A stretch of 64,000 nucleotides of DNA from Lytechinus pictus (Eukaryota), in assembly GCF_037042905.1 (NCBI RefSeq), contig NC_087250.1, positions 13,084,001 to 13,148,000 of the forward strand. Direction: 5' to 3'. Shown here piece by piece: positions 37,318 to 50,682 of this stretch; the stretch's first letter is position 1; the number at the start of each line of letters is the position of its first letter. The notes beneath the pieces are model-generated. The model worked only from the letters and a program-made list of their open reading frames with translations. It was not told the DNA's origin and did not search any database. Both the position numbers and the translations under genes were made by a program.

Positions 37318-37807
37318 TTAAAGAGACCGTAATCTGGGGTCAAAGGGGATAATTCCTGCTCGGCTAGGGGAGGGGGTGGTGCTGGAAGAGCACGTGCCAA
37401 AACATATTGAAACATAGGAAAATCTCAATCACTTTCTTACAATAATAGGATATAACAATGTGATGGTAATTTTACTTTTTGGGACATTGTTCTTTCCAGC
37501 AGTTTCCAATTTCTCAATTTCTTTGTGACGTAATAAGCGTCTGAAGTATGAGCAACCTGAAGATTTTTTTTGAAGGGGGAGTGAACTGTGTGTGGTCTCT
37601 CATTGACTGTGTTTTATAAATACAATATAGTCTGTAAAATATACGTTTACATATGTCTTCTAATACGACAGAGAATAAATTTACCTATAATTGTATTTGT
37701 ATAGAGAAACTGAAATGTTTTGAGACGAAAAGTAATAGTTTGTATTGCGGTATAAATGGATTGAGTAGTTAATTAGCATGTTATCATTCAAGTGGGTCTA
37801 TATTTAC

Positions 37808-37950
37808 CATGGGCGGAAATCCCAGGGGGGACAGGAGGACGTGTCCCCCCTACTCAAAATAGTAGGGGGAACACAATAACTTTTTTTTTTGCTCGTCAAA
37901 TTTTCCAGCCCCTTGTCCCCCCTACCTTTTGGGAGAGATTTCCGCCCCTG
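37808..37950. mobile_element. Short hAT-type MITE
   Basis: CATGGGCGGAAATC / GATTTCCGCCCCTG; 8-bp TSD ATATTTAC / ATATATAC. Confidence 0.75.
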
Positions 37951-38054
37951 ATATATACTAGACTACACTTGCATTATGGGTCAGGAAACTGGCCAGGTAT
38001 TAGTAGTTGAGAACTCGAGATGGCGCTATTAGTACGTATCTTCTAGTGTTCCTG

Positions 38055-39185
38055 TATTTTTTAGACTGAAATGTGCAATGCTATGCAATAAACACAGATA
38101 ATTTCAATACAAACAATTACAAGGGGCTGTGTTCCTGTGTACACAAAAAGATAACTTTTTAAATTCGGTTTTGAGACAGATAATTTCTGTTCCTTTTGTA
38201 AAAAAGAAGTTGAGTCTTACCAACATTTATTTTTTAATTGTCCTGAAGTTAAGCGATTATGGGAAGAGATTAGTAAAATATTTCAACTGAATGAACTTGG
38301 CAGTGACGTTTGGAAAACAATTTTCATGGGGATACCTGGAAATACTACAAGAGTAGCTTTAATAAACTGTATTATATTCTTAATCAAGTATATCATTTTT
38401 AGTTCAAGAAAACAGGGAATATTGCCAACCGTACAGAAAGTGACACATTTGGTTAAAGAGTATAGAGATACGGAATATCAAATAGCGTTTAAAAAGGGGA
38501 AGCTGGGGGTGCACTTAAGGAAATGGGAATAAAGCAATGCATACCTTTCTTAATACTATGGATGTATTGGTTGCTTCATTTTGTTTCTGTTTTGTTTATT
38601 TGTTCAAATACAGATAGTTGTACCAGAGCAGGATGCATTGTGTGTGGGTGTACGTGTGTAGATGGATGTGTGAGTTTTGTGACGGGGAAGAGGGGGGGGG
38701 GGAGCTGTGAGTGGTGGTGAGTTGAAGTGAGCTTGTGTGAGTGTCTGGGGAGAGAGATGAGGGGGGAGGGGGTATGGGGGTAAGGTGAGTGTGTAGGGAC
38801 GTTTTAGGATAACCTTCCTCTAATTAACCTTTAAAATAATCTTTTATCCTTTTTTATTTCTTGTACAATTAATATGTGCAAAAGAAATTATTTCTATTCT
38901 ATTCAGGGAAAAAGTCAGTTTTTACAAAGTACGTTTTTTTTTGTGTCGATTGATACGGGTTTTTCCCCTCTGCTTTCACATTGTTATAGAAGAGAAATTT
39001 GGCAGTTTAATTTCATTTGTAATCATTTAAAAAATATTCGTAATCTCATTGATATTGATATATTTATTTGTTTGATTGTTTATTGATTGTATACATACAA
39101 AGAATCTTTATTTATATGAATTGTGATTGTTAACTTATTGATTTGAAAGAGGAAGAAAATAAAATATTATTAAAAAAAAAAAAAA
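38055..39185 (+). mobile_element. 5'-truncated L1/Tx1-clade LINE (ORF2 C-terminal zf-RVT region, 3' UTR, poly(A))
   Basis: Reads ...FQYK...CSFCKKEVESYQHLFFNCPEVKRLWEEI...HLRKWE* (stop at 38532); AATAAA and poly(A) at 39158-39185; 7-bp TSD GTTCCTG (38048-38054, 39186-39192). Confidence 0.85.
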
Positions 39186-39675
39186 GTTCCTGGATTCGTA
39201 ACCCCATTAGAAATATGAAGATAATTGCCATGTTCACTATACATAAAAAGTTAAAGACAATTGAAAACACTTTTTAAACAAAAGAGGAAAGGCTTTTTGC
39301 TTGCATCTTAACACTTCATACCCTCTTAAAATTATCCATAACAACGGTCTGTGACTTTGCAAACGTCTTTATGAAAACAAACTTCTGCCAATAACTATAT
39401 AAATTCGTTGTTCGCACTCTCATATACGCAAAAATACATGTCGTTACCTGGCACTGCTTCGAGATAATCACCAATATTGCTTCCATTCAGTCGTATCTTG
39501 GCAACTGATTATTTACCACGTTTACGAGTTCATCTATAACTATCAATATAATTCTAAATATATTATATTTTCAATTAGGATAATTTGGGGTCGTATAACA
39601 CATGATCATGTGATCCGATAGCTGAGACACCGTGAGAAGAACAATTAGTTGATAATATTCCGATAACCATACCTG

Positions 39676-39853
39676 GTGTGTGTTTCATAAAGCTGTTCGG
39701 AAAGTTACGCATAACTTTACGCACGACTGGAACCTGATCTGAGGCGCTAAATCAGTTACAAAGGGATATCATGTAGCACAAGAAAGGGTCACCAGTCCTG
39801 CGTAAAGTCATTCATATTCTACGATTTTACGAACAGCTTTATGAAACGGGCCC
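39676..39853. mobile_element. Harbinger-like MITE
   Basis: GTTTCATAAAGCTGTTCG / CGAACAGCTTTATGAAAC; TSD CTG; relative at 52927-53099. Confidence 0.75.
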
Positions 39854-40289
39854 CTGGGATTCGATCAGCGTTGTGCACCCGGCCCGAAAATCGAGGACAG
39901 GGCCAGACAGTTTTTGAAGGTCGACAACTTAAGTTTTCCGAAGTCAAGGCCTTTCCTGCCCTCATACACAAGTAAGAAAAGCAAAAGGTTTTCAAGAAAA
40001 AAAAATCAAGCTTTTAAAAGCACAACTAACAGAGTCAATACGTATGCCAAAAATAGTATTCTGTAATTGTTACGCAAAGTATTTGAGATTACACTGTAGT
40101 AAGATTGCGGGTGTCCTCGATACCCTGCTGCTGTAAGAATATTTGGGGTCTCTTTAACCCTCGAGACATGCCAGGTAAAACTGACAATGGTCTGTTTGGA
40201 CTTTAAAAAAGAGGTTGCTCAGCAATGTGTCATTGGTACGATTCTCGAAACCAGTGACGTAGATGATGCTTACTCAAAATTAAGGTCAG

Positions 40290-40434
40290 GGGCCCGTTGC
40301 AGAAAGAGTTGCGTTTAAACGCAAGCCAAAAATTCAATCGCAAGTCCCAAATGCGCGTTGTTGATTGGTTGAAAATCAAGTTGCGCATGATTTTGAGAGT
40401 TGCGATTGATTGCAACTCTTTCTGCAACGGGCTC
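40290..40434. mobile_element. Harbinger-like MITE
   Basis: GGGCCCGTTGCAGAAAGAGTTGC / GCAACTCTTTCTGCAACGGGCTC; TSD CAG; truncated relative near 62292. Confidence 0.8.
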
Positions 40435-41199
40435 CAGATCACGGTGACACGACATTTGCTCCTGCGATACTTGATCTAAGATGTAGGGTTTGGGTTGTAA
40501 TAGTGTTTATGTTAGGTTTAGGGTAGTGTAAATTCAAACAGGGTTGAAATTAGTCATTCGATTAGTGTATGGAATTTAGAGCAGAGTAATTGTCGCCGGA
40601 GGAAATGTCAAGGACCCTAACTCACTGCCCCAAAACATGTACCCTGCATTCTTCTCCTAAAAAATTGCAACATCGTCCCGATCTCAAAATGAAGTTAAAG
40701 TTCAGTTTTTATCTAAAGCATAACACATATGAAAACGTTACATGTGTAATGATCATAACATGTATCTTCATGTTTTCCCTCTTATTCATTATCACCATAT
40801 TACCAATATCGTACCGTCCTCACGGTTTCTTTGTTTTAATTTTCATCTTAATCTTAAGTAGCAACACCATCATCGTCGTCGTCATAATCATTGTTTATTG
40901 TCTTTTATTTAGTACAGACTGTATTTGGAGCTGGTTGTTTGTTGACTTTATATTATTTGTTTGTTGATAGTTTCTTCTTCGGAGGGGGGGGGGGTTGAGC
41001 TGTAATCACTTTGTTTTTTGGTGGCATTGTCCAGAAGTACCAGTTACAGGCAGGTACAGCTTGAATGATAAGATCTCCATGATAAGACCTGGCAGTCGGG
41101 CTTTGTGAGTGGCAATCGAGGGTGGTTACAATCAGGGAGTGTTATATCGGGATAATATCGATTGAGGTAATGACGGATTCAATCGATCGAGCAAACGCC

Positions 41200-41605
41200 G
41201 ATTCTCTCACGCCCCTTATATATTATCGCTCTTACCATGATCAATATCCTCAACGATCTATCGTCATCTGAAAGGAAAAAATGGAGCAAACAATACACTT
41301 TCAGAAAATCTTCAACCAATCTGCATTTTCTTTAAAAACAAACTAATAACGAATTGTCCCACGCCCCCTTATCGCTCCCAAAATCTTCATTATCCTCAAC
41401 GATCTATCGTCAATCAGAAAGGACAAATGAGCAATCGGTACACTTCCAGAAAATCTTTAATTTCAGCCAATACATTTTCGTTCAAATGTGAACTTATAAA
41501 CTATTACGAATTGTCTCACGCTCCTTATCGCTCTCAACGTCCTAATCATCATTAAGGAAATATCGTCATGAGAAAAAAAATAGCATAATATACACTCTCA
41601 GAAAT
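41200..41605. repeat. About three tandem copies of a ~155-bp unit
   Basis: CACGCCCCTTAT..ATCGCTC...TATCCTCAACGATCTATCGTCA...GAAAGGA recurs at about 41207, 41360 and 41517. Confidence 0.75.
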
Positions 41606-44044
41606 TGGTTAACCTACCTACAATTTGGTTGAAATATAAGCTTTTGGTTAACCGAAGTCACAAACAATATAATTTGGCTTTTGACCAACAGCTGGTTAAT
41701 ATTATAACAAGACTTTCTTTTAAAATGTCTGAAACGGCAAAACGATGTAAATGTAAAGTTGCTATAGACAGAGGGATAGAAGAATGGAGAGTGAGATAAA
41801 ATAAGCATTTTTAATTTTAATTATTATGATTATCATTTAATTATTTATTATTATTGTTTTTATCAACATCAGTATTATTATTATTATTACTAGCATACAC
41901 AAACAACTATTTATATGCTGTGTATACTTTAATTTCAATTGAAAACTTTTCGATTTATCAATGATATTTGCTTATTGTTTGTACTGTAATTACCAATTTG
42001 AAAGTGTAAGCTTGATTGAATATTGTATATTGATTTATGTAATTTACTTGTATTTATGTTTCTTCGATGTGTATCATTGTTAGAATAGTGAATATAGAAA
42101 TGAAATAAACCAAATACAATTGAATTCAATTCATTCGTCATCATCATTATTAGTATCAGTATTATTGTTATCATTGTTATTAATACTATTATTATTATCA
42201 TTATTATTATCATAACTTCATCAAATGACGCACATTGATAGCATATTTATCATTATTCTACATTAAATATAGTCTCTCTTTAGGTAAAACAAATAGAATA
42301 TGGATATACAAATACTAACTGATATAAAGTATTTGAGTACGAGGGAAGGTTGTTATTAACAATGCAATGTTGAAAAAAAAGAAAAAAAAGTATTGAAAGA
42401 AGCTATCCTACTTTGGTGCCAACTGTTGATTGGTTGATTCCAGCTCATCCATTTGTTGCTCTGATTTTCACCTGAAATACTACGCTTGATTTTATAAAGT
42501 CCAATCTACTTTGGAAGGTAGAGCAGAGATGGGGTGACATCAAAGTGTTCGTTATTTGCAAGAAGAACTATAATTTCATTTGTGATGCAACATATATAAC
42601 CACACACCACATCTCCCCAGGACATTCTGTTGACTGAATTTTGATATTTCACTCCGTTCAATCCCCCCTATTTGAATAGAGAGGGATTGATTCAAAACGC
42701 ATCGCTTTAAAAGCGGGATTATCAGTTTTTGTACACCAACCCCGGTGGGAAATGTAAATTCATTTTTTCCCCACAACGCCGTATCATCGCATCTTCTGCA
42801 CTTACACGCGGGGCTAATTAATCCGCGCTATATTGCTTTCGCTCAATCAATTAACAATAGTCTGGTGAACAATTGACCCTGAGCCGGTGGATGCATCGTT
42901 TGTGTGTGTGTTTGTGTGTTGACTTCATCCAGGGACAATAGGTATCATCAGTTTACTGGAGGTTGGTGGACGGGAGAGAGTGGCGCCGATTCAGAACCAG
43001 TGCGCTGTCAGGGCTGTCCCTAACTGAGGAAAAGTGGTGTTTAGATATACTTACAATTTCGGACGAGATCATCTTTGGAAAACAGAGTGCTCTGATACAC
43101 CTTTTGAAAATTAAAGTGAGTATTGATTTAAATTATTGCTCATCCCACGTAGAGAATTTACCTGCCTCTTTTTTTTTTGCTTCTTTCTTTTTTTCTTGAA
43201 GTATTGAGTTCCAGAAAAAATGAACGCCGATGCTATATTTGGAATGAACGTCAACAAAGCATAGCTTATGGATTTTAGGATAAAAATGTATTAACCTCAA
43301 ATATATCTATTTGATTTCACAAGTTGTTGCTTTTTTACAAGCTGAGATTAAAAGCTATCCATTAAAATCGTTTCTGGCAAGCCACCCCAAAAACAACAAT
43401 AAGTCACGAGGGAAGATTCTCTGTAAATAGTTCAAGCAACAAATTGATTTTCAGAAACGTGTTAAAAAGGAAACGAAAATTGGTTTATCTCACTAGAAGT
43501 TGTAAAGGTAACCAAACGGCGAGATTACATGAGTCTTTGGAAATTTCACAGTGATTGTACATCTCTAGCTTGAGTGAACCCCGGAATTTAAACATTGTTT
43601 TCTCAATATTCCTTGAATCTCTAAATGAATTTATTTTACATTCAACCAAGATCGTGTGCAGGTGATTGATGATCGATTTCGACAAGTGATATACATTAAT
43701 AGCTTAATAAAAATGTATTACAAATCATTTTGAGCGACTTATTGTTAGTTTTGGGGGTGGCAGGCCACATTTTGTTTGTGACTTGGACCCACTTTTCGCA
43801 TATTCCCAATTAATGTTGCACTGATATAAATCAAATCGCTTTAGAATGTCTAATCATGTCTATAGAAATCATTACCTAGACTTGCGGAAAGGGGAATGAA
43901 TGGAATGGACAAAATACAACAACAAAGATTTACAATATGAAAGTCGTCATGAGGAGAGAGAGAGGGGGGGGGGGAGGGTGTCGAAAGTGAAACTTGACAA
44001 TTATTATGTTCAAACTAGCAATATCAGGGCAAATTAATTTCTGA

Positions 44045-44475
44045 AATGAAGAAGGAGGAGAAAAAAGTAATAATAATGGTAATGGTAATATTGATAAGAA
44101 GATGGTGAAGAAGAAAAAGAAGACAAAGAACGGAATTAAGAAGAAGCAGGAGAGGGAGGTCGATGAGGAGAAGGTAAAGAAGATTAAACAATAAAGCGAA
44201 CAAAAGAAACAGATGATGGAAAGAAGAAAAACACCAAGAAGAACAAGAACATGAAGAAAAATATGAAAAACAACAGCAAGATCACCAAGAAGAAGAATAA
44301 TAAGAAAAAATGTAGTAAAAAATAAGCATACGGAGGGCCTACAGAAGAAGAAGAGGAAAAAGAAGAGGAGGAGGAGAAGAGGGAGGAAAACGATCAAGAA
44401 AGGAAATGAGAGATGGAGGCAAATGAATACATGAAAATGACGAGGAAAAATACAAATACTTAAAAAATAAAACAA
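44045..44475. repeat. Purine-rich (GAA/GGA) low-complexity tract
   Basis: Direct inspection. Confidence 0.85.
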
Positions 44476-45246
44476 ACAGGCAAGAGAACCATATTTTTTA
44501 ACAGTTATTCTGCTGATAAATGGTAAACTGATGTGCTAGGATTTGCAAGTGTTAGTAGATGAAGATTTCTAACGATATGATTTATCTCGAAATGAGCGTG
44601 AAATTTTAGTTTTTCTCTTATTCATACATGTAGAAAATAGAGTATTTAAATGGCAAAATTTTAGTAAAAGAAGAGTATGATACAAACAATCAAAATAGAC
44701 ATGTGACCTGAACATTCGATGGCATTGGACATTTCATATTCTCAAAAAAAAATGGTAAGAATACCACGAATTTTTTTAAAATAATTTTAAAGTGGTGTTC
44801 TTATTCATTTCAATCTGGATGAGGTAAAATCAAAGAAACAACTCAACAGATCATGGATTTTTTTTTTAATGCCAGTTTAAGCTTCATTTTGAATTTCAAA
44901 AATAATAACACTTTTTTTTGCATTACATGTAAAGGGCCTTTTAATCAGCCACGATGAGCCTCAAATTGTACATAAATAAATCAAAGGAAGTCTTGCATTT
45001 CCTCTTCTTTTACTTTATTCTTTCCACAAATAATGGAAATATATTGTAAAAAATTGAAAAAATAAAATAATTTCTCTCATATGAAAATATATATTGGACT
45101 CAGATATTTTAATTAGTATTTTTTGCTATTTTGAATGAGTTTGAAATAGAATAAATGCACAAGATGTATAAATTCTTTTTGGTAGGGACATTCATGATGA
45201 CTGATTCATACAAATAGTTTCCTCTACTTTCTTCTGATGCATATTT

Positions 45247-46067
45247 GAAGAGTTTAGTTGCAAAAGGGGTTAGGTCCACTTTGGACCATACCGAGAAAAA
45301 CCATGTTTTTTATTCTCAGTTATTGCAATCTTCTTATGAGAAACTAAATTGCCATGATGTACTACCCTATCATGTGAACATAAAATTGGGTATAAAAGAA
45401 ATCTACCTGTCTTCAATTCTTATATATATAATTTTTAAAGATTGTCATTGTGGACCTTACCCCTTTTACAAGTTAACTGAAATGAATCCAATCTTTTTTT
45501 ATTAACAATGTGATTTTTATTTGCCACTTTCATTTACGTGTTCATTTGAATTTCAAATTTTCTTTGGTATCATCAGAGTGACTAAAAATTTAGAGGTTTA
45601 GAGACAGAAAACAATAAAAATTTTGAAAAATGGACCTAACCCCTTTTGACAAATGAGTTCTTTGGATGAGTTTTGTTGCAAAAGGGGTTAGGTCCACTCC
45701 AAGAAATTCATTTCTTAAATTCTCCCATATTGCAATATTCTTATGCGAAACTGAATTTTCATGATACCCTTCCATGAGAACATAAAATTGGGTATAAAAG
45801 AAATCTACCTGTCTTCAAATTTGTTATGATATTCTTTTCCCAAAAAAAATATGTGTGGACCTAACCCCTTTTGCAACTAAACTGAAATGGACCTAACCCC
45901 TTTTGAAAAAAAAAGGGATTTTTCTTTGCCAGTTATTTCACTTTTTAATAGGAATTTCAACTTTCCTTTGGTATCATCTTATAGAGCTACTAAAAATCTA
46001 TACATTGAGACATAAAAATCAAATTTGATGAAAAATGGACCTAACCCCTTTTGCAAGTGAGCTCTTC
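45247..46067. mobile_element. Tandem-dimer MITE with 4-bp TSD (Sola-like)
   Basis: Outer TIRs GAAGAGTTTAGTTGCAAAAGGGGTTAGGTCCA / TGGACCTAACCCCTTTTGCAAGTGAGCTCTTC; TSD ATTT; internal right-end/left-end junction at about 45660. Confidence 0.75.
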
Positions 46068-47074
46068 ATTTAATAGTTTATACATTGCAAAAATATGTGT
46101 AATTTGAATATTGTAATTTATTTCTCGTAGATGGCTAATAATTTGTGTGTGTGTGTGTGTGTGTGTGTGGATTTAGATGATAAACAAATACCAAAAATAT
46201 ATCGGAAACAGTGTTTTGCAAGGCTCATGCTAATGCGGTTGTATTCTATGTGATTGTTGCTTTTAATAGAAGAGGAAATTCATGTGAAAATAGTAATGCT
46301 CATAAATGCTAATGCGACTATTAAGTGAAGTATTTTCTCCACCCAATCCATTTGCTAGTCACCTCTCGAGTCAATAATGAGATTGATGCTATACGAATTC
46401 GAGGTTGAGGGCCACAAATTAAGCAGTTTCTATTAACGATCCTGGAAGGATAATTGCAATATGTTTGGGATGACCATTCCACTCTATTTACCTTCGAAAT
46501 TTGTTTTCCCCTAAAATAAAAAAGAAGCGTTCAGCAAACTGTTTAGATGGAGGATTTTGATCCCCCAAAAATAAATACTAAAGTAATTAACATCCCTTTG
46601 CACCCTGAGTTCTGTATATTTTTTTTCCACGTGTCGATAGATTTCGATTTGACTGATCGAAAAGTCCATAATCATTATTGAAAAAATTAGAGGACAAAGA
46701 AGAAGAAGGAGGAGGAGGAGAAGAAGAAGAAGTAATTATATGCAAAGTTGAAAAGAAAAAAATCATGAAGAGTTGAGGTTTTACATATGGCTACACTTAG
46801 CTCAATCTTTCCCGAAATGAAAAGAAAATACTCGATATTATCATTGGTAATATTCAGTGTTACAACAATACATAATTTTGTAAATGATTTTTTTATTAAA
46901 TGAGGTCGTAGATGCGACTATTACCAATATCAATATTATTATTATCACAATTACTCTTACTATTGTGGTTATCATTATTGTTAGTATTATTATATTATCA
47001 TTAATACATTAATAATATTTTGGCATTATTAATAGCAGAACTTAAAAAAATTTGTAGATGAAGTAGTAGTTATA

Positions 47075-47886
47075 CCGTGCCTCCCACAAAAAACCGAGAT
47101 TTATCAATGATTTATCATAATTTAATCACAAATATAGACAAATTACCTACCATTTTAAAGCTTAGAATCTCCTCTTTCATCTGAAATTGCTAAGATTATT
47201 TCTCATCCACGCATGAGTGAGCAAAAACAACTTGAAGAGGGGATACCAAAATGTCATTCGGCGGGCTGTATCTGGGTTTCAAAAAGTAAACCACATTTCT
47301 AATATGTTCAATATTTGCTCTTTAATTTGATACCTCAATTACAGAAGATGGTCAAGAAATAAAGTTCTGGTTATTTGAAATAAGGCTTGAATATCAATAA
47401 TTTCATAAAGATGAAGAGGTCCTACCGGCTAGCGTTCAAACTCACTTGACATTCCGTTTTGTTGACGATCAGCCATGCATTAAGTCTTGTCATGCTTGTG
47501 TTAACCATGCGATAGCTTCTGTGGGAAACAGGTGAAAACACGTTTATTTAATGAAATTATGGAAATACAAGCATTGTTTCGAGGGAACATAACTTTTTTA
47601 CTTCTTAACCATTTTTTTGTGATTAAGGTATCAAATAAAGCAGATATTGATCTTTTTAGGCATGTGATTTTCTCTTTGAAATTCAGATACCCCCCGCCAA
47701 ATGAGTTTTTGGTATCCTTTCTTCAAATTGTTTTTGCTCACGTAAATGAGGAATAATCTATATAATACCAGATGAAAGAGGAGAGTCAAGGCTTTACATG
47801 GGTAGGTCATTTGTCTATTGTATTTATGATTAAGTTATGATAAATCATCGCTTAATCTCGGTTTCGTATTTTTCTGGGACGCACTG
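47075..47886. mobile_element. Long-TIR Tc1/mariner-like MITE
   Basis: TA|CCGTGCCTCCCA...ACCGAGATT vs AATCTCGGTT...TGGGACGCACTG|TA; arms of roughly 350 bp are mutual reverse complements. Confidence 0.75.
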
Positions 47887-49261
47887 TATTTATATAATCA
47901 TCATCATTGCTTTGTCAACAGTAGTAAAACTCAGTGGTGATAGTATTAATACTGGGATGACCTTTATCTTTATCATGTTTAATACAAACAATTGTATGTA
48001 CAGTAATTGCATCAAAATCAATGTAATCTTTTTTTCGTCACCATTTACTATCAGGTTCGTATAGAACACATATCATCGTCGTAGATCAAACATTTTTTTC
48101 CTGATCATTATTACGGTACGTGGACATACTCAGCAAGTAATTATATCATCCAATTATAATGACCTCAAGAATGTTGACGATACTGCATTTTTTCGTTATG
48201 TAGTATTTTCAAACAGTGACGCTGTAAAGATGATGCAATGTCGAATCTAAGTTTCAACCTCACAGCGTTGTAAGCGATGTGATACAATAAGAGCCAAAAT
48301 AGCGTTCGTTTTTGCAGACAAACAAATATGTAAAAAAAAATTTCGTCTACCAAAGTATTACAGGGGAACATGCTTTGAAAGATCAAATTTTTACTCGGTT
48401 CCCAATAATGAAAAACAAAACGAGGTAATAGCAGAATATAATTAGTTATAGTTAGGTATTGGTATTTTTATTTTAATTTGTTGTCCATATCACATTGTTA
48501 AAAAATATAAGGCAAATGTATATATGTATAATAGAAATAAAAGTCAAAAGTATAGTGAAAGAGAACCGATCAGCTTTGTTTAGTATATACATGTATAACA
48601 AATATCCATTTCCCTGTGTAAACAGTTGGATTCAAACACATGCTAGTTAAGTTGAACGGACATGAACATGTAGTATTTACGTTACAGATGCAACAATGTA
48701 AATGGTGGTCAAGAGATAAGAGGTAATGGGGAAAAAATACAAGTGTGAGAAAATTAATGAAGATATGAAATCCCCACCCTATCTTCTCTACAGTGTATCA
48801 TTCACAAACTAGTAGGCTCGACTTGGAGGAAGTCTATTTCGTATCAACCACCTGTCTGTTGATGCTACGGCGTCTGACGTTGCCATGCCAACGCAAGGAG
48901 TCATCCATAATTTCCTCTGTATTATTGAGAGATCGTGCTGGCCTGTCCTCCATGTGTCTATCTACATGGCGCCTTGACTAATAATGATCATCGGTATAAT
49001 TACGACATATCTGATGCACCCAAAAATTCGAACGAATTCATCTGGCAATGATTCCATGGTTCATTTAGTTATCACAATTTGACTTTTTTTTCTATAATTA
49101 TTCATGAAGATAGTTATGTTTATAGTTTCTGGCAACCATTTCAGTCCACCATAATGACAATTGAACATTTATGGACGAGAAAAAAAGTTGAATTATAGTA
49201 ATACTGTTCACCATAGCAGTATATTCAACAGAAACAAATAAAAATATGTACATATATATAC

Positions 49262-49306
<45 letters not shown>

Positions 49307-49860
49307 ACATATTTTATCTTTTCTATTGAATGTGCTTTATAATTCTCCTCTATATGTATTCCAATTGCCCACAACAGTATTTTTGCTTCAATACAATTGT
49401 AAGAGTGTGTAAAGCTTATAGACGTATTGATACAGAATGTGGAATTGCATAGAATACCTGTGGCCGTAAATATGTTTCCACCAATTTATCACATGATGCG
49501 GAATGTTAATGAATTTCGGTTAGATAATTAAGAGGTAGCGTAGTGTCTGCTTGGGTGTGCATGCGTAATAATCATTATTACATGAGCGATATTGGCAAAG
49601 AAAGAATCTTAAATTTTCAGTTATTTAGATTCGCATTTTTTGATAATGGTTTATCTATTTGCACTTACCTATTTCATAAAGAGATATGAACCATATCTTT
49701 ATTATAATTGTATTCATAATGTCAGAAATATTGCTATTACTTTTATTATTTTTATTACTATTATCATCATCATTAAGATTAATTATTATTAAACATTATT
49801 ATCATGATCCTTTGTATTTTTGTCTGGTTATTCATATACTAATTGTTGTTATCCCTCTCT

Positions 49861-49896
<36 letters not shown>

Positions 49897-50682
49897 ATTT
49901 CATCATTATTACAAGCACTATTGTAGCACCAATATTCTCGTAAAATTACACCGGCCATTGTCATCTTTATCACTCTTATATTCCCTGCTATTGTAATTTT
50001 CATCATAATTTCCCTTTCCTTCTATCGCATTTGTCTATTTCAGATTGGTTTTTCATCGCCTCTATTCTGATGCTGAATTCCGCTGTTCGGTCCCACATGT
50101 TGAATTTGCCGTCATAAAGCACACAGACCCTAACGTTACCGACCCGAATAAAGATCCACCTGCTATCCCTTGGCATCTACAATAAGGCATTCTCCATGTG
50201 CGACCATTCGCGATCGATTGGCGCACTAACGGCAGGACTCTGACTCAACGTTTATCAATCATGCACTACTTGTCGTTTTCACCGCGCTGGTAAGTCGTGC
50301 GACACCCCGCTTTATTTAGAGAAGCAACAGCTGACTGGAGAACGTTATTGATTTCATTTCGTGTTAAAAATTTGAAGTCACATTTATTGGATAAATAATA
50401 ACGGTCTATTCAGCGCATTATCAGCAAAGATTACTTAGTGACTGCTTTACCAAACGTGCTGTCTGCAGGCCATTCTCGTAAAGGGATTCGTTTATCGGGG
50501 AACCTGATGCGACTTTTTCGCCAATAGATATTTCGAAACTATATATCACCATGTAGAAAACTAAAACCATTATGGTGTTTCTTAACCTGTTGTAAAGCTT
50601 TTCTGAATGTAACCGTAAATGTTATTAGTTACTACCGACGTGCCTTAATATATAAAGATTTAAAATACGATACCAAATTGCC

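Noticed and set aside
38326..38532. 68-aa ORF as a host gene
   Set aside because: C-terminus of a truncated L1/Tx1 ORF2 with an upstream stop and frameshift.
43930..44475. 181-aa hydrophobic ORF on the minus strand
   Set aside because: Reverse complement of a GAA-rich low-complexity tract.
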